Source: Nemertoderma westbladi (lineage: Eukaryota; Animalia; Xenacoelomorpha). From it: 64,000 bases of DNA. Where the stretch lies: positions 1-64,000 of the forward strand of contig JAUCBJ010001428.1 of assembly GCA_032718475.1 (NCBI GenBank), in the 5' to 3' direction. Made by a program: the position numbers and the translations under genes. Below, in pieces: positions 36,343-47,554 of this stretch; within the stretch, counting starts at the first letter, position 1; each line of letters begins with the position of its first letter. The notes under the pieces are model-generated. The model did no database searches. It was not told where the DNA came from and worked only from the letters and a program-made list of their open reading frames with translations.

Positions 36343-37499
36343 AGAAAGAAATCAATTTTTTGAAATTTCCGTTATGGTGCAAATAGATTAAAATTATAGT
36401 TCAGAACGTTTCGGCCAAGTAGCTGCTCAAGATTTCGAGATACTGAGCATTATATTTGGTGGGGTAGATTTACCACCACCTACCCCCCCCCCCCCCCCCC
36501 CCCCCGTACAACAACCAAGGCGTACTATATACATAGTAGTATAAATATAGTACGCCAACGTAAATTTTAAAGCCTGGTCGAAATAGGGTTAAAGCATTTT
36601 ACTAAACAAGCCAATAGGAGGGTCAAAATGACTATTCAAATAGTAGTGGATTTTGATTGGTTGATGATGTATCCCATGCTGACTCCTTATGTGCCAGTCT
36701 GGGTTTCAGGATTCTGCCTTGCTATTGCAGCATTGCCTGAATACTGGATACAACACTACAAGGTTGCCCACACCGTTATGCCTACTGCTCGAATACCGGT
36801 AGGCAATGAATAGGTAGGGGGCCTACCATTAGTTGCGTGTAATGTATTTTTGGCTAGGATTTTTAATTCAGTCGGCGAGAAGTTCAAGTTTCATAAAAAT
36901 TTTACTTTAAAGTGCGAAGTGTAGGCCTACCAGTATATTCAACTTTAAAATGACAGGTGGCCCAAAAGGCTCCCACAAGACTGCAAAAGCAAAACATAAC
37001 AAAACAACAGAAGGAGTGTTTTAATTGATGTAACTAGGAAAATTAATCCCCATTACCGGTACCGTACCGTACAATATTGTAGCCTATAATTGCCGAATTG
37101 TAATAAAACTTTTGACATTCACCTTTGGCTTTAGGCTGTTAGCAGGTTGGGCAGTTACCGGTAGGCCAATCTGCCAATACTACTGTTTTTTTATTGAATT
37201 GAAAAGAATAGGCCTAAGTTGAAATTTCGTCTCTGTCATATCACATATCGTATGTTTACTATGCTATTTGATTATTATTAATAAAATTATAATTATTTTC
37301 AATACCAATACCAGTCTGCCAGTAATAATTAATTAAATCCTGATATGGCTGCAACAAGTGTCAGAACATCAGATGAGGTTATATCAACTATAAATGTACA
37401 AGCATTGATAGTACATGTTGAAAGCTATCAAACTTTCAAACCCCATACTCTTATTTATCTTCTGTAAGTATAACCTATATCTATATAAATTTTTATTAG

Positions 37500-37964
37500 C
37501 ACTGGTATGAGCAGGAGCGCAGGCACAGCATTATAAGTTTGAAAGGAATGAAGGAATCTCAGCCCAGCCTAGGACATATTTCTGTTCAGGTAGGAAATGC
37601 GACATCTGTTCAAAATTATATAACATCACACAATCTGTATACTTCATATTGGCCAGGAAAGCAATGCTCTTATTTTTTTAGAAATCTACAAACTGGGGAG
37701 ACATTTGCACATATGAATAAAAGTGCTAGTGAAAGCGACAAATGGTTTGTCAATAAAAATGGTATAGGTGTCGGTTGCTTCGTTTCTCTACGACATATAA
37801 CAATGGCGGAGAAGACTTTAGGCGGGATTCCTGTGGTAAAGTCATCGACCATCCCAATTCTGATTGATGCACCTACTGATGCACAATTACCAGGAATACA
37901 TGCTATTGATCTACCTCAGGTTCATTGCTTTCGGATTCTATTATCGGAATTAAAAATTAGTATT
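37500..37964 (+). CDS. Candidate exon A of an unassigned multi-exon gene (5' boundary uncertain; possible upstream ATG exon 37345-37463)
   Basis: Open frame of 155 codons after TTTTATTAG; phase-0 donor ATT|GTAAGT at 37965. Confidence 0.55.
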
Positions 37965-38892
37965 GTAAGTTAATATTTTACATAGTTTACTACAATATAT
38001 AAATTTAGAGTTATTGTGCGCAAAATTAACTCATTTTGAATGTTTATTATTTATTTATATTTGAGTGAATTGTTGTTTCTTTTGATTCAGTCGCACGTTA
38101 TTGTTATAGTCTTCTCTTCTATATGAATATAATATTGCAAGTAAAAAGAATTATTGCATGAGGAAAATTTATAAATTTATCACCATAATATAATAATAAT
38201 TTTATTTTTATTATTAACACAGTGACAATATTAAAGTTTATTTTTTATTTAATAATCGTCCACCGCTTAATTTATTATCTCGCTTTCAATGAGATAAAGA
38301 ATTTCAAAAATTTGTTAGCGCTTTCGACCTTCTTTCGACCCTTGTTTCCAACTATTCATAACATACATACACTCATCTTTTCATACTATGATTAGATTAT
38401 ACGTCATAACCCGTAATATAGTGTCATTTTCTGATGACACGGACCCCTGAGAAACAACTGAGAAATATGCGTTCAAAGAGAGTTGGTGGGCAACAGTGGT
38501 ATGCGTATACATACAAAGTATAGTATACTTGTATGTATACGCATACCGCTTATATTGTATACTTAGTATACAATATCTCTATTACATAACTATTTAAACA
38601 AAATGTTTAGAGCATTGTATATGTATTAAATTCATTAAATGGCCTTCAGTCAAATATACTGTACTTCTTGCTATTTTTTAATTTTTTAACACATATCTGA
38701 TGTCACTCGCGAAATATTCAGACATTGTTACATATTTCGAATCTTTGCAACGCAAGTTTGTACATCATGTCGTGGAATGTATAATCGTTATTTTGTGGAA
38801 TTACCGGACACAATCGGCCTCGCAGGCGTCAGTTATCTCCTGACCGGCTGCCTGTCTCACCCCCTACTGGAGAGAGAGCGGCCAACAATTCT

Positions 38893-41800
38893 TTGAGTCC
38901 CTTTCCTGATGACATTTCTGGCCCAAACCCTGGGTCACCAGGGAGGCCAGATTGTGAGGGGGAGAGGGATTCTGGAGTTGGAGGCTACTCTCATATTCCA
39001 CCCCGACCAACAAAGCCATTGGTGAATCTGAGGCAAGTCACTAGACTAGCCTCAGTTAACACCCTAACACTCGGGTCCCCAATGCGACAAGGTGAGCTGA
39101 CTGCCTTGGCAGATAGGCTTTCTCTTAGCGCAGTGGGTGTTCAAGAGCACCGAATGCAGACTGGACAGACTGATGAGGTTCTGATTAAGGACATGGGGGG
39201 CGGTTGGCGACTCGCCCTCGCGTCAGCAGATGATAGTGGCAATGGTGGAATTGGTCTATTGATGAATCCAACTGCACATGCAGCATTGGACAAAATAGAC
39301 CAAATCTCTAACTGCATCATCCGTTGCCACTTCTCATGTTCTGGAAGACTGGCTAAGAAGTTTCCTAAGGTGGTTCTGATTGTATGCTACTCTCCAACTA
39401 GTGTTGCCCCTGTAGAGGAGGTGGAAAATTTCTACCACAATCTACAAGCAGCTACTGATGGAGTGGATCACATGCATTCTTAACATTCCTGGGAGACTTT
39501 AATGCAAGTCTGCATCAATCACCTACATCGCCCTGGGTCTATAGCAATAGTGTTAACCGAAATTCTGTCCATCTTCAGGATTTTATCTCTGGAAATGGAT
39601 TGTTTTCGGCTGGAACCCAGTTCAAGAAGCGAACTGGAAAGCTATGGACTCATAGTGGACCCAGTGGTCACAAGTCCCAGATAGACCATATTCTGTTTCG
39701 TAGGAAATACAGGAGCTCTATACAAGACTGTAATGCATTTACACTTCGACCCTTCTCCAGTGATCACTGCCTTATTGTGGCCAAGGTAAGACTTAGTCTG
39801 CGTGCTAGCAGAACAACGAAATCTGCCTTGCCGCGGCATGACTGGTCCTCTCTGTTGCAACAGCCAAGTGTGAGATCCAGCTTCACACTACAGCTGAGCA
39901 ACAGATATGAGGTTCTTGCCTCTGAGGCGGCAGATCACTGCGAGGGCTATACTGCCTTCACAGAAGCAGTTAAATTAGCATCTGCAGAAACAGTTCCTGT
40001 ATACCCTTGAAACAGGAAAAGGGCCCCCTGGACTAACAACATAATTCAGAAGTGCCGAAATGACCTCTATAAGGCGCAGAAAGAGTCCCGGCTCAAACAG
40101 ACTACAGCGGACAAGAATGTACTTAAGGCTGCATCTAGGTCCCTGAACAGACAGTACTCTGTTAATCTACAGGAGCTAATAAACCAACAGGTTGATGCCA
40201 TCAATCATGCTGACGACAGCAGGCAATCATCCCAGGCATGGAAATCGATCAACTTGCTTACTGGGCGGAAAAGCCAACCAACCACCAAGGTTAAGGCTGA
40301 ATCACCAGCCGATCGCCTCAACGGTTGGAAAGCCCACTTTGAAAAGCTCCTCAATAATGACAGGGTATTGCCTGATAACTTTATAGAAGTAAAAGTGTCT
40401 GCAGTCTGTACTCCCAGATATTCCCATTGGCGAATCTCCTTTGCAGAAGTGAAGGCTGCTGCAAAGAGCATTAAGACCAATCGTGCCAGTGGAGTAGATG
40501 GTGTTCCTCCTGAGGTCTTTAAAATACCTGAGTGTTTAAAGCTCATCTATCCCATCATAGTAGACATGTACCGAACAACAAGAGTCCCACAAGAAATAAA
40601 CACAAATAAGTTGGTGCCAGTTCCCAAGAAGGGCAACCTAACACTCTATGGTTCTTTTCGGGGAATCTCATTGATCTCGATTGCTGCAAAGCTATACAAT
40701 AGAATTATATTAAATCGCATCAGGGATCCCATTGAGAGACTGCTCCGTGGAAATCAGAATGGGTTCCGTAAAGGTCGTGGGACCATGGAGCCCATTTTGG
40801 CACTTAGAAGGATAATTGAAGAGTTATCAAAAGAGAAAGACAGGCATCTGGCTGTTATCTTTGTTGACTTCTTCAAGGCCTTTGATTCAGTCTCTCGCTC
40901 ACGTATGTTCAGCATACTTTCATTATATGGGATTCCTGATGAAATTATTGCAAGCAATCAGATCAGTATACGATGGTTCGACAACATTTGTGTCTACTGT
41001 TGACGGTGACACAGAACCATTTGAAGTGTTATGGGGCGTCCTCCAAGGAGACACACTTGCACCATTCTTGTTCATTATTGTGGTTGACTATGTTCTACGC
41101 ATGTCCTTAGATCATCATAATGATGATGGGGTGATGATAACTCCACCTACTGGCTCCAGAAGTCGAGGAAATCCTGCCAAGTACCTAACTGATCTAGACT
41201 TTGCTGATGACTTAGGAGTACTCTCAGAATCACTAGAGGGAGCCCAACGGCTCCTCAGCTCATTAGAACATGCTGCTTCTAGTGTTGGTCTTTTTATTAA
41301 CTCCAGAAAGACCAAAATTCTGACAGTTAACTTTGAAAGTCCTCAGCAAGTCTCTGATCGGATGAGCATAAGCTCAAAGGATGGTATGCTTGAGCATGTG
41401 GACGACTTCTGTTACCTGGGATCATGGATCCGGAAGTCAGGTGAGGACCTTCGAATACGTAAGGGAAAGGCATGGGCAGCCTTGAATAGGCTTTCCAGGA
41501 TTTGGAAGTCACCGAGAATTAATCGGAAACTTAAGGTCCGATTATTTAGAGCAGCAGTAGTTCTAGTACTCTATGGGAGTCCATGCTGGGCTCTAACTGC
41601 TGAGGACACCAAATCTCTGGATGGCACATTCACAAGAATGCTACGCCGGGTTCATTGTGTCAAGTACAATGCACACATCTCCAACCAGACACTATATAAC
41701 ATTGGGGGTGTCTCATTGGTTCCCCCAAGCTTGACACTAGAACAAAGTCGCCTCCGCTTTGCAGGACATTGTTTTCGCCGTGAGGACCAGCCAGTGCATA

Positions 41801-41985
41801 ATCTTGTGCTTTGGCAGCCTCATGGAGTGAATAAGCATGGAGTGGACAGCCACAACCAATGACATTCTTGAGACGCATCTTAAAGGACACTGGCCTTGAA
41901 GATGCGGATGATCTAGCAAATGTCATGGGTGATAGGGAGTTGTGGCGGCGCAATTTTGTCGACAAGCCGGCACAGCATTCTTAAA
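38893..41985 (+). pseudogene. Decayed RTE-type non-LTR retrotransposon (AP endonuclease plus RT)
   Basis: APE motifs VGVQEHR, LGDFNA, QIDHIL, SDH; RT motifs RGISL, QNGFR, VDFFKAFDS, GVLQGDTLAP, DFADD, YLGS, RLRFAGH; frameshifts near 39480, 40950 and 41840 and a stop at 40010. Confidence 0.92.
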
Positions 41986-42586
41986 AATGCAGCTGCAATG
42001 CAGCATGCCGATCCTAGTAGTATTATTAGGGTAAACAATTACTGCATTAGCATTAGACAGCGGCAATTTGAATTTTGTAGAAGTAGTTGTTACCGGTCTG
42101 CTGGTCAGCCGGTAGGCCAATACTACAACTGTACTACAGTATTGCTGTACTGCAGTAGCAGTACTGTTGGTTTACGGACTCCTATTGACATAAGTGACCA
42201 CTATTGCGTATTGTTCTGATATAAGTAGGACCGTGAACCGGCCAGGCTTGCCAGCTTGTTTTTATACAAGCTAGTATGTTCGTCAACATGTTAGTTATTA
42301 TTTTTATAATTATATTACATTTTTTAAAATAGTTCAAAATTAATATATTCGCTAGTTTTTGTTATTTTTAAATTGTTGTTCTGGAACATGTTTGCTGGTA
42401 TATAAAAATGTTCCAGAATTTTGTTCTGTTACCTTTTTAAGAGGTCTAGAACATAGTTCTGGAAATTTAGTATATATAGCGAAAATATTCATGAATCGTT
42501 AACAAAACATACAAATATAAGAAATTTCCAATATTATCTATTAAACATCTTGTTAAGTAATCCAGACTTTTAACAATAAGACAACA

Positions 42587-42725
42587 TATTATATTGTGTA
42601 TAAGGTGCCTTTATCTCTCTTCGGTCCCTCGTTTCAATATTTCACTCACTCGCTTCGCTCGTTTGTGTATATATTAACATTCGGGATCGGCGTGAGATAA
42701 AGTCCTACATTATACACAATATAAT
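42587..42725. mobile_element. About 140-bp foldback element
   Basis: TATTATATTGTGTATAA...TTTATCTC / GAGATAAA...TTATACACAATATAATA inverted arms around CGCTTCGCTCG. Confidence 0.65.
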
Positions 42726-43092
42726 AAATAGTTAATTGTAAACAATTATTTTAGTAAAATAATGTAAGCCCGGTGTAAGCCCGGTGTAAGCCTGTACGCC
42801 TCAACCTACTTCATATTTTTTCATGAATCATGGGATACACTGGCAATATGTTAAGATATTTAATTTTACAATCATCCTGAGTTCCCGTAACAATTGCTAA
42901 TTAACTAATACCTCAAAAATCACTTTGTAATTATCGTGATTACGCTTTTTAATTACCTTCCCAGATCCTATAAATCCTAAATATTAACTTAAATCCGATT
43001 GTTATACCCCTTCCCGGATCCATTATATAACACTCGCTAATTAAATTATTGTTCCCGCGGTTTATACCACATCTTCTTTTTTAATTGCTTAG

Positions 43093-43305
43093 ATAAATAT
43101 TCCTCAAGTATGCGGAGGAAGTATTTGTGATGGTCTATATGGATTAACGAAATGTCCATGTTTTAGACATAGCCTCATGGCGTGGGTTCTGAATGTTGCC
43201 GTAGATATTCCGGGATTAACTGATGACGAAGGGAAGCCTTTGTTAGCCCACCCTTTTCATTCGCAAAGATTCACTCGACTTTTCTTCAATGAGAGTTTCT
43301 GTTTC
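43093..43305 (+). CDS. Candidate exon B (INIPQVCGGSICDGLYGLTKCPCF...FHSQRFTRLFF), Cys cluster
   Basis: Acceptor TTTTTTAATTGCTTAG|, donor TTC|GTAAGT, 71 codons, phase 0/0, in frame with exons A and C. Confidence 0.65.
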
Positions 43306-43565
43306 GTAAGTTAACGATGTTTAATGACAATTACAAGTATTTAGGTTCAATTTTAATACTTAATCTATAAGATTTTGTGGTTTGTGTTTTTTATCCACAA
43401 TTGCTGATACATGAAAATGTAAATAAACAGAAGCAAGTAACTGCTACTGCTATAATGAATATATACTTCATTGTAGCTGCATTTTGAGATGCTATTCCGC
43501 GTTATTAAAAATAATTTAGTCATCCCCATGCCATCCACAATTACCATGCCTCAATGAAGCGTGCA

Positions 43566-43890
43566 TTAAGAATGCTGTGCCGGCTTATCAACAAAGTTGC
43601 ACCGCCACAACTCCCTATCCACCATGGCTTTCGCGAGATTATCCGCATCTTCAAGGATGGTGTCCTTTAAGAGGCGTGTCAAGAAAGTCATCGGCTGTGT
43701 CTGTCTGCCATGCTTATTTTCTCCATGGAACTGTCAAAGCAAGGGCACACCACACACACAGTCTGGTCCTCTCGTCTAAAGAAGTCCAGCAAAGCAGAGA
43801 CATCTTGATTCAAATCTCAGAACTAATGAGACACTTCCAATGTTATATAGTGTTTGGTTGATCATGTGCATATTGTACTTGAACTTGACA
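43566..43890 (-). pseudogene. Diverged 3'-end fragment of the same RTE-type LINE family, inverted relative to the 38.9-42.0 kb copy
   Basis: TTAAGAATGCTGTGCCGGCTT...CCGCCACAACTCCCTATC...ATCCGCATCTTCAAGG is the reverse complement of the LINE 3' end (about 41650-41983). Confidence 0.85.
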
Positions 43891-44339
43891 CAATTAACAT
43901 GACGTGACCAAAAGGTTTGTTAACATAGGAGATTAGTCTTGTCTAGAGGCTCCTCCTTCGATCTACCAGAATCTTCGGATGGGCTTTTAAGTTAATATAT
44001 ACATAAAAAAAACCTCTTAGTCAGTATGTCGGTACATTCAAATGTGCACCAATGATGTCATGTTATTTTTGACTATTTTCGACCACTGTCACAAATTTCA
44101 TACCCCCCTCCCCCTTTGAACGTCACGTCACAAAAAATTAACAGTTTAGTTAAATAATAAATGTTAAATTTTATATTATTATGTTAATACTAGTTCTGGT
44201 ACCGGTATATTTAGTAATATCTTATTATAATATATATTTATATACAGTATTAGTATTATAAATATTATATTATAAAATAATATTTTTCTATTTATTATAC
44301 CTATTACTGAAATAATTAAGTATGATATGAAATATTTAA

Positions 44340-45864
44340 CCCTTAAACTGGTAACGATTTTTTCTAAAACGCCATCTCCACTTGGTGAAAACTCAAATAT
44401 GAGTTTTGCGATTGTCAGTTCTACTTGGTGGGAATTATTGATGAAATCTATTCTGACTTGGTGTAAACTCAAATATGAGTTACAGTAAAACGGTTCTGAC
44501 TTGGTTCCAACTCACATATTAGTTTCGGCTATACATTTGTTTATCAGCTCCCGGGAAGGTAGCATTGACTTTTCTGTCTACGTCACCAGGCCCATTGTAT
44601 TGGGCTGTTGATGAGCTTTACAACCAACAGTAGTTGAATCGGCTACAGACGATCAGTATACGCTAAACAACACGGTAGTAAATTGTGGGAATATTGTCAA
44701 AATTCAACTAATGGCCGTTTCATTATTATAAGTCACAGAAACAAACTGTTAGCACCAGGTTGAAGGTCATTTTCTCATCCTTCAGCTGATAATATATAAC
44801 GGCCTCTGAAGTTGAAAATTAAGCAGTCTATCGCTAATTTAATGTTTGAAGTAATTCGACGCAGTTATTTTAAAATAATGAATCATATTCGATAAATAAA
44901 ATACTGTTAAGATCCAGTTTTTGTCAACATTTTAATGCGCATAAATACATTTATGCTGGAAGCTGGACTGGAAGATTTGGCAGATTTAAAGTACGAGCTA
45001 AGCGAATTCTAAAATCCCAACGAGTGCAAAACTCAATACACGATGGCAGAATATCTTAATTTCGTACCTCCGAAACTAGTGACAAGGAGTTATCTGATTA
45101 ATTTTTTTCGGATCTATTAAGCGTCAAAGATACATTATATTATGTATAATTTACATTCATTGCATAATTATTATTTTAAAAATCTACGAAATTTCTGGAT
45201 TTACCTTTTATGAATTTAAACTTTATAAATATAAGAAAAACTCTCACCAAGGGGGAATAGAGCAGAGAAATATAATCTCTACCAAGTCCAGACGATGGCT
45301 CATAAACTCATGAGTTTTCACCAAGTCCAGACGATGGCTCATAAACTCATGAGTTTTCACCAAGTCCAGACGATGGCTCATAAACTCATGAGTTTCACCA
45401 AGTCAACTAATTCTTCTTAAAAAAGATCCACCAAGAGGGAATACACTTGCGAGAACTCAAATATGAGTTCTAACCAAGTCAGATACTACCATTAAAAAAA
45501 TTCCCACCAGGTAAATGTAAAGTAAAAATTCCCACCAGGTAAAAGTAAAGTCAATTTTCTTCCGCCCCTAGGCCAGGGATTACGCACAAAGTCTGACGAC
45601 TTATTTCCAGTGCGGTCCCCCCAGAACTTTACTCCCCAGAGGAAACTCTAGTACTCATTTAGCTACCAGTTAAGGATGCAAGGCAGAGATGCGCTCTGGC
45701 TGTCCCATTAAAGCATTTGTGCCGAAACGAAAACTGCCTTGGCCCATGTGAGGATCGAACCCACGACCTACGGGAGATGTGAATTCAATGCAACCACTAC
45801 ACCAAGGTCGAACATAGGTGGAATTGGCCGTCCCAAAACTCATGAGTTTTCATCAGTTCAAGGA
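44340..45864. mobile_element. Non-autonomous piggyBac-like element
   Basis: TTAA TSD (44336-44339 and 45865-45868); TIRs CCCTTAAACTGGT / ATCAGTTCAAGGA; inverted subterminal repeats ACTTGGTG...AACTCA..TGAGTT on the left and AACTCATGAGTTTTCACCAAGT on the right. Confidence 0.75.
45520..45809 (-). mobile_element. tRNA-derived SINE nested in the piggyBac-like element
   Basis: Minus strand has A box TGGTGTAGTGG, B box GGTTCGATCC, a degenerate cloverleaf (45741-45809), a TAAATGAGTAC SINE-body-like motif and a (TTTAC)n tail. Confidence 0.7.
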
Positions 45865-46144
45865 TTAAATTGATTAAATTTAAATATTATTATTAAATAT
45901 TTACAACAACAGCTAACCCGCAATTTATATGATGTTTTTTTTTTAAATAATACATATTTATTTATTATATATATGTAATACTAATATGACAGTAAATACA
46001 AAAAAATAGTGTCAAAAACAATAATTAGGCCTACTTAGTAATAACTTTGTACTAACTTAGGCTAATTAGTAATAACTATAACGCAGTAGTATTCTTATAA
46101 TTATTTTGTAAATTCTGTATAGGCCTACTATTTTGTTTATGCAG

Positions 46145-46265
46145 AAACCTATTAATGCAGTTAGTTTAAAACAAACAAGAGAACACGTCAAACAGGAGGT
46201 TTCGAAGTATGGGGGTGGATGGTTTATATCTGGTTGGACAAGGGGTACTGAAGTAGAATCAAACC
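46145..46265 (+). CDS. Candidate exon C (KPINAVSLK...KYGGGWFISGWTRGTEVESN), cut by the BEL/Pao LTR
   Basis: Phase-0 acceptor TTTTGTTTATGCAG|; the frame stays open up to the LTR start at 46266 and reads on to a stop at 46330. Confidence 0.6.
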
Positions 46266-47476
46266 TGTACGCGCTTTTGGAGACCTTTAGCAGTTTAACC
46301 TGCCAAAATTTATATGTCTTTAGTTGGTAAATTAACTTTATAAGATGACAAGATTTAATACAAAATAAACACAACATTAGCCGAAACCAGCCTAGTGCGC
46401 GTTCATTCACCCGCTGGATATTCCCGGGAGACTGGATTCGTATGCTTAGATTTATTGCAGTGAAGCCTACTTGTATTATTCGATTGATCACTAGTATATA
46501 ATCTCTGGCAAATATTATTCACTTTCGGGAAATATTAGCAGTTCCTTTCGGACGTGGCGTTCTATCTATGTAAACAAAGTTATGACTTACACCAAACACA
46601 ACGATATGGCTTAGATTTCACGTATGAGACGCATTCTTTAGGAGATGCTTAGTTATCAGTCTCAATCACAATCATACACACTACCGGTACCGCACAATAC
46701 TGCTCACTGGTTTGCCGACAGTCACTGACTTTGATCACGTATAAAGAGAATAGCACTTGACTCAAGTAGTGGCTACCAAATAGCATTATATTCACTACAA
46801 ACCACTATAATATAAGTCGCAATCGTTGTATGTAAACTGTCTCTCTAACCTGTAGTGTATCAAGAAAATTGGGAACTTTGGGTTCTTTATATGTGTTCTC
46901 CAAATAATATTCAACCAAACAACAGTAAATAGCAGTATACTGATATATTGAACCGATAATGTAAGAACTGATTAGAAAATAAGGTATGAAATATAATAAG
47001 AACTGTGATATGCACTGATAACAGTCATACGCTCTATAATCTAAGACTACTAATGTTTCTTATAAAGTTATAAAAATACGTGATTCCAGAGCCGTTCTTC
47101 CTGGCTTAGAATCCTCAACAACACACTCGTGACTACTCCCTATACAAGGGTACCAGCTACCCTTATTCCACGAAGCTCTCACCCACCACAGAGAATGAGC
47201 ATACAGATAGGAAATTCAGTTCAGTAGATCTGTGATAGGTCAAAATCAAAACCAACTCAAACCCTATTGGCAGATACAGAAAGCAGGGCTATGGGGCAAC
47301 CTTCCCAAGCTGGTTGGACGATCAAACATAGCCCAGATCCCTTCGCACAGCAAATCAGCCAATCAGCCGGTAGCTTGCACTATTCGAGTTATAGATCCCT
47401 TTTGAGAGTATTCTAGCGCCAGGGGGGAACTGGTTAGCAAGGCGAACGAATCAGTTATCCCACAAAAGCTTTTACA
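46266..47476 (-). repeat. 3' LTR of the BEL/Pao element (about 1211 bp; inner boundary inferred)
   Basis: TGTA...TACA termini; next to CCGCTCCCA (purine tract TGGGAGCGG on minus, 47477-47485); TATAAGAA on minus at 47064-47057; AATAAA on minus at 46456-46451. Confidence 0.8.
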
Positions 47477-47554
47477 CCGCTCCCAGAAAATGGGATTTAA
47501 GTCTATAAAATATACAAAATCACAGTTTCTAATATACATAAATACTCTAAACAG

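Noticed and set aside
38780-38895. HDV-like ribozyme at the 5' end of the RTE-like LINE
   Set aside because: GC-rich and hairpin-prone, but I could not fit P1/P1.1/P2/P3 by eye; an RNArobo or Infernal search would be needed.
45741-45809. Functional tRNA gene
   Set aside because: Acceptor and anticodon arms pair poorly, and it is followed by a SINE-like body and tail.
46066-46491. 141-aa minus-strand ORF (and its 79-aa twin at 63660-63899)
   Set aside because: Both start inside the LTR and run across its boundary into unrelated flanks; incidental.
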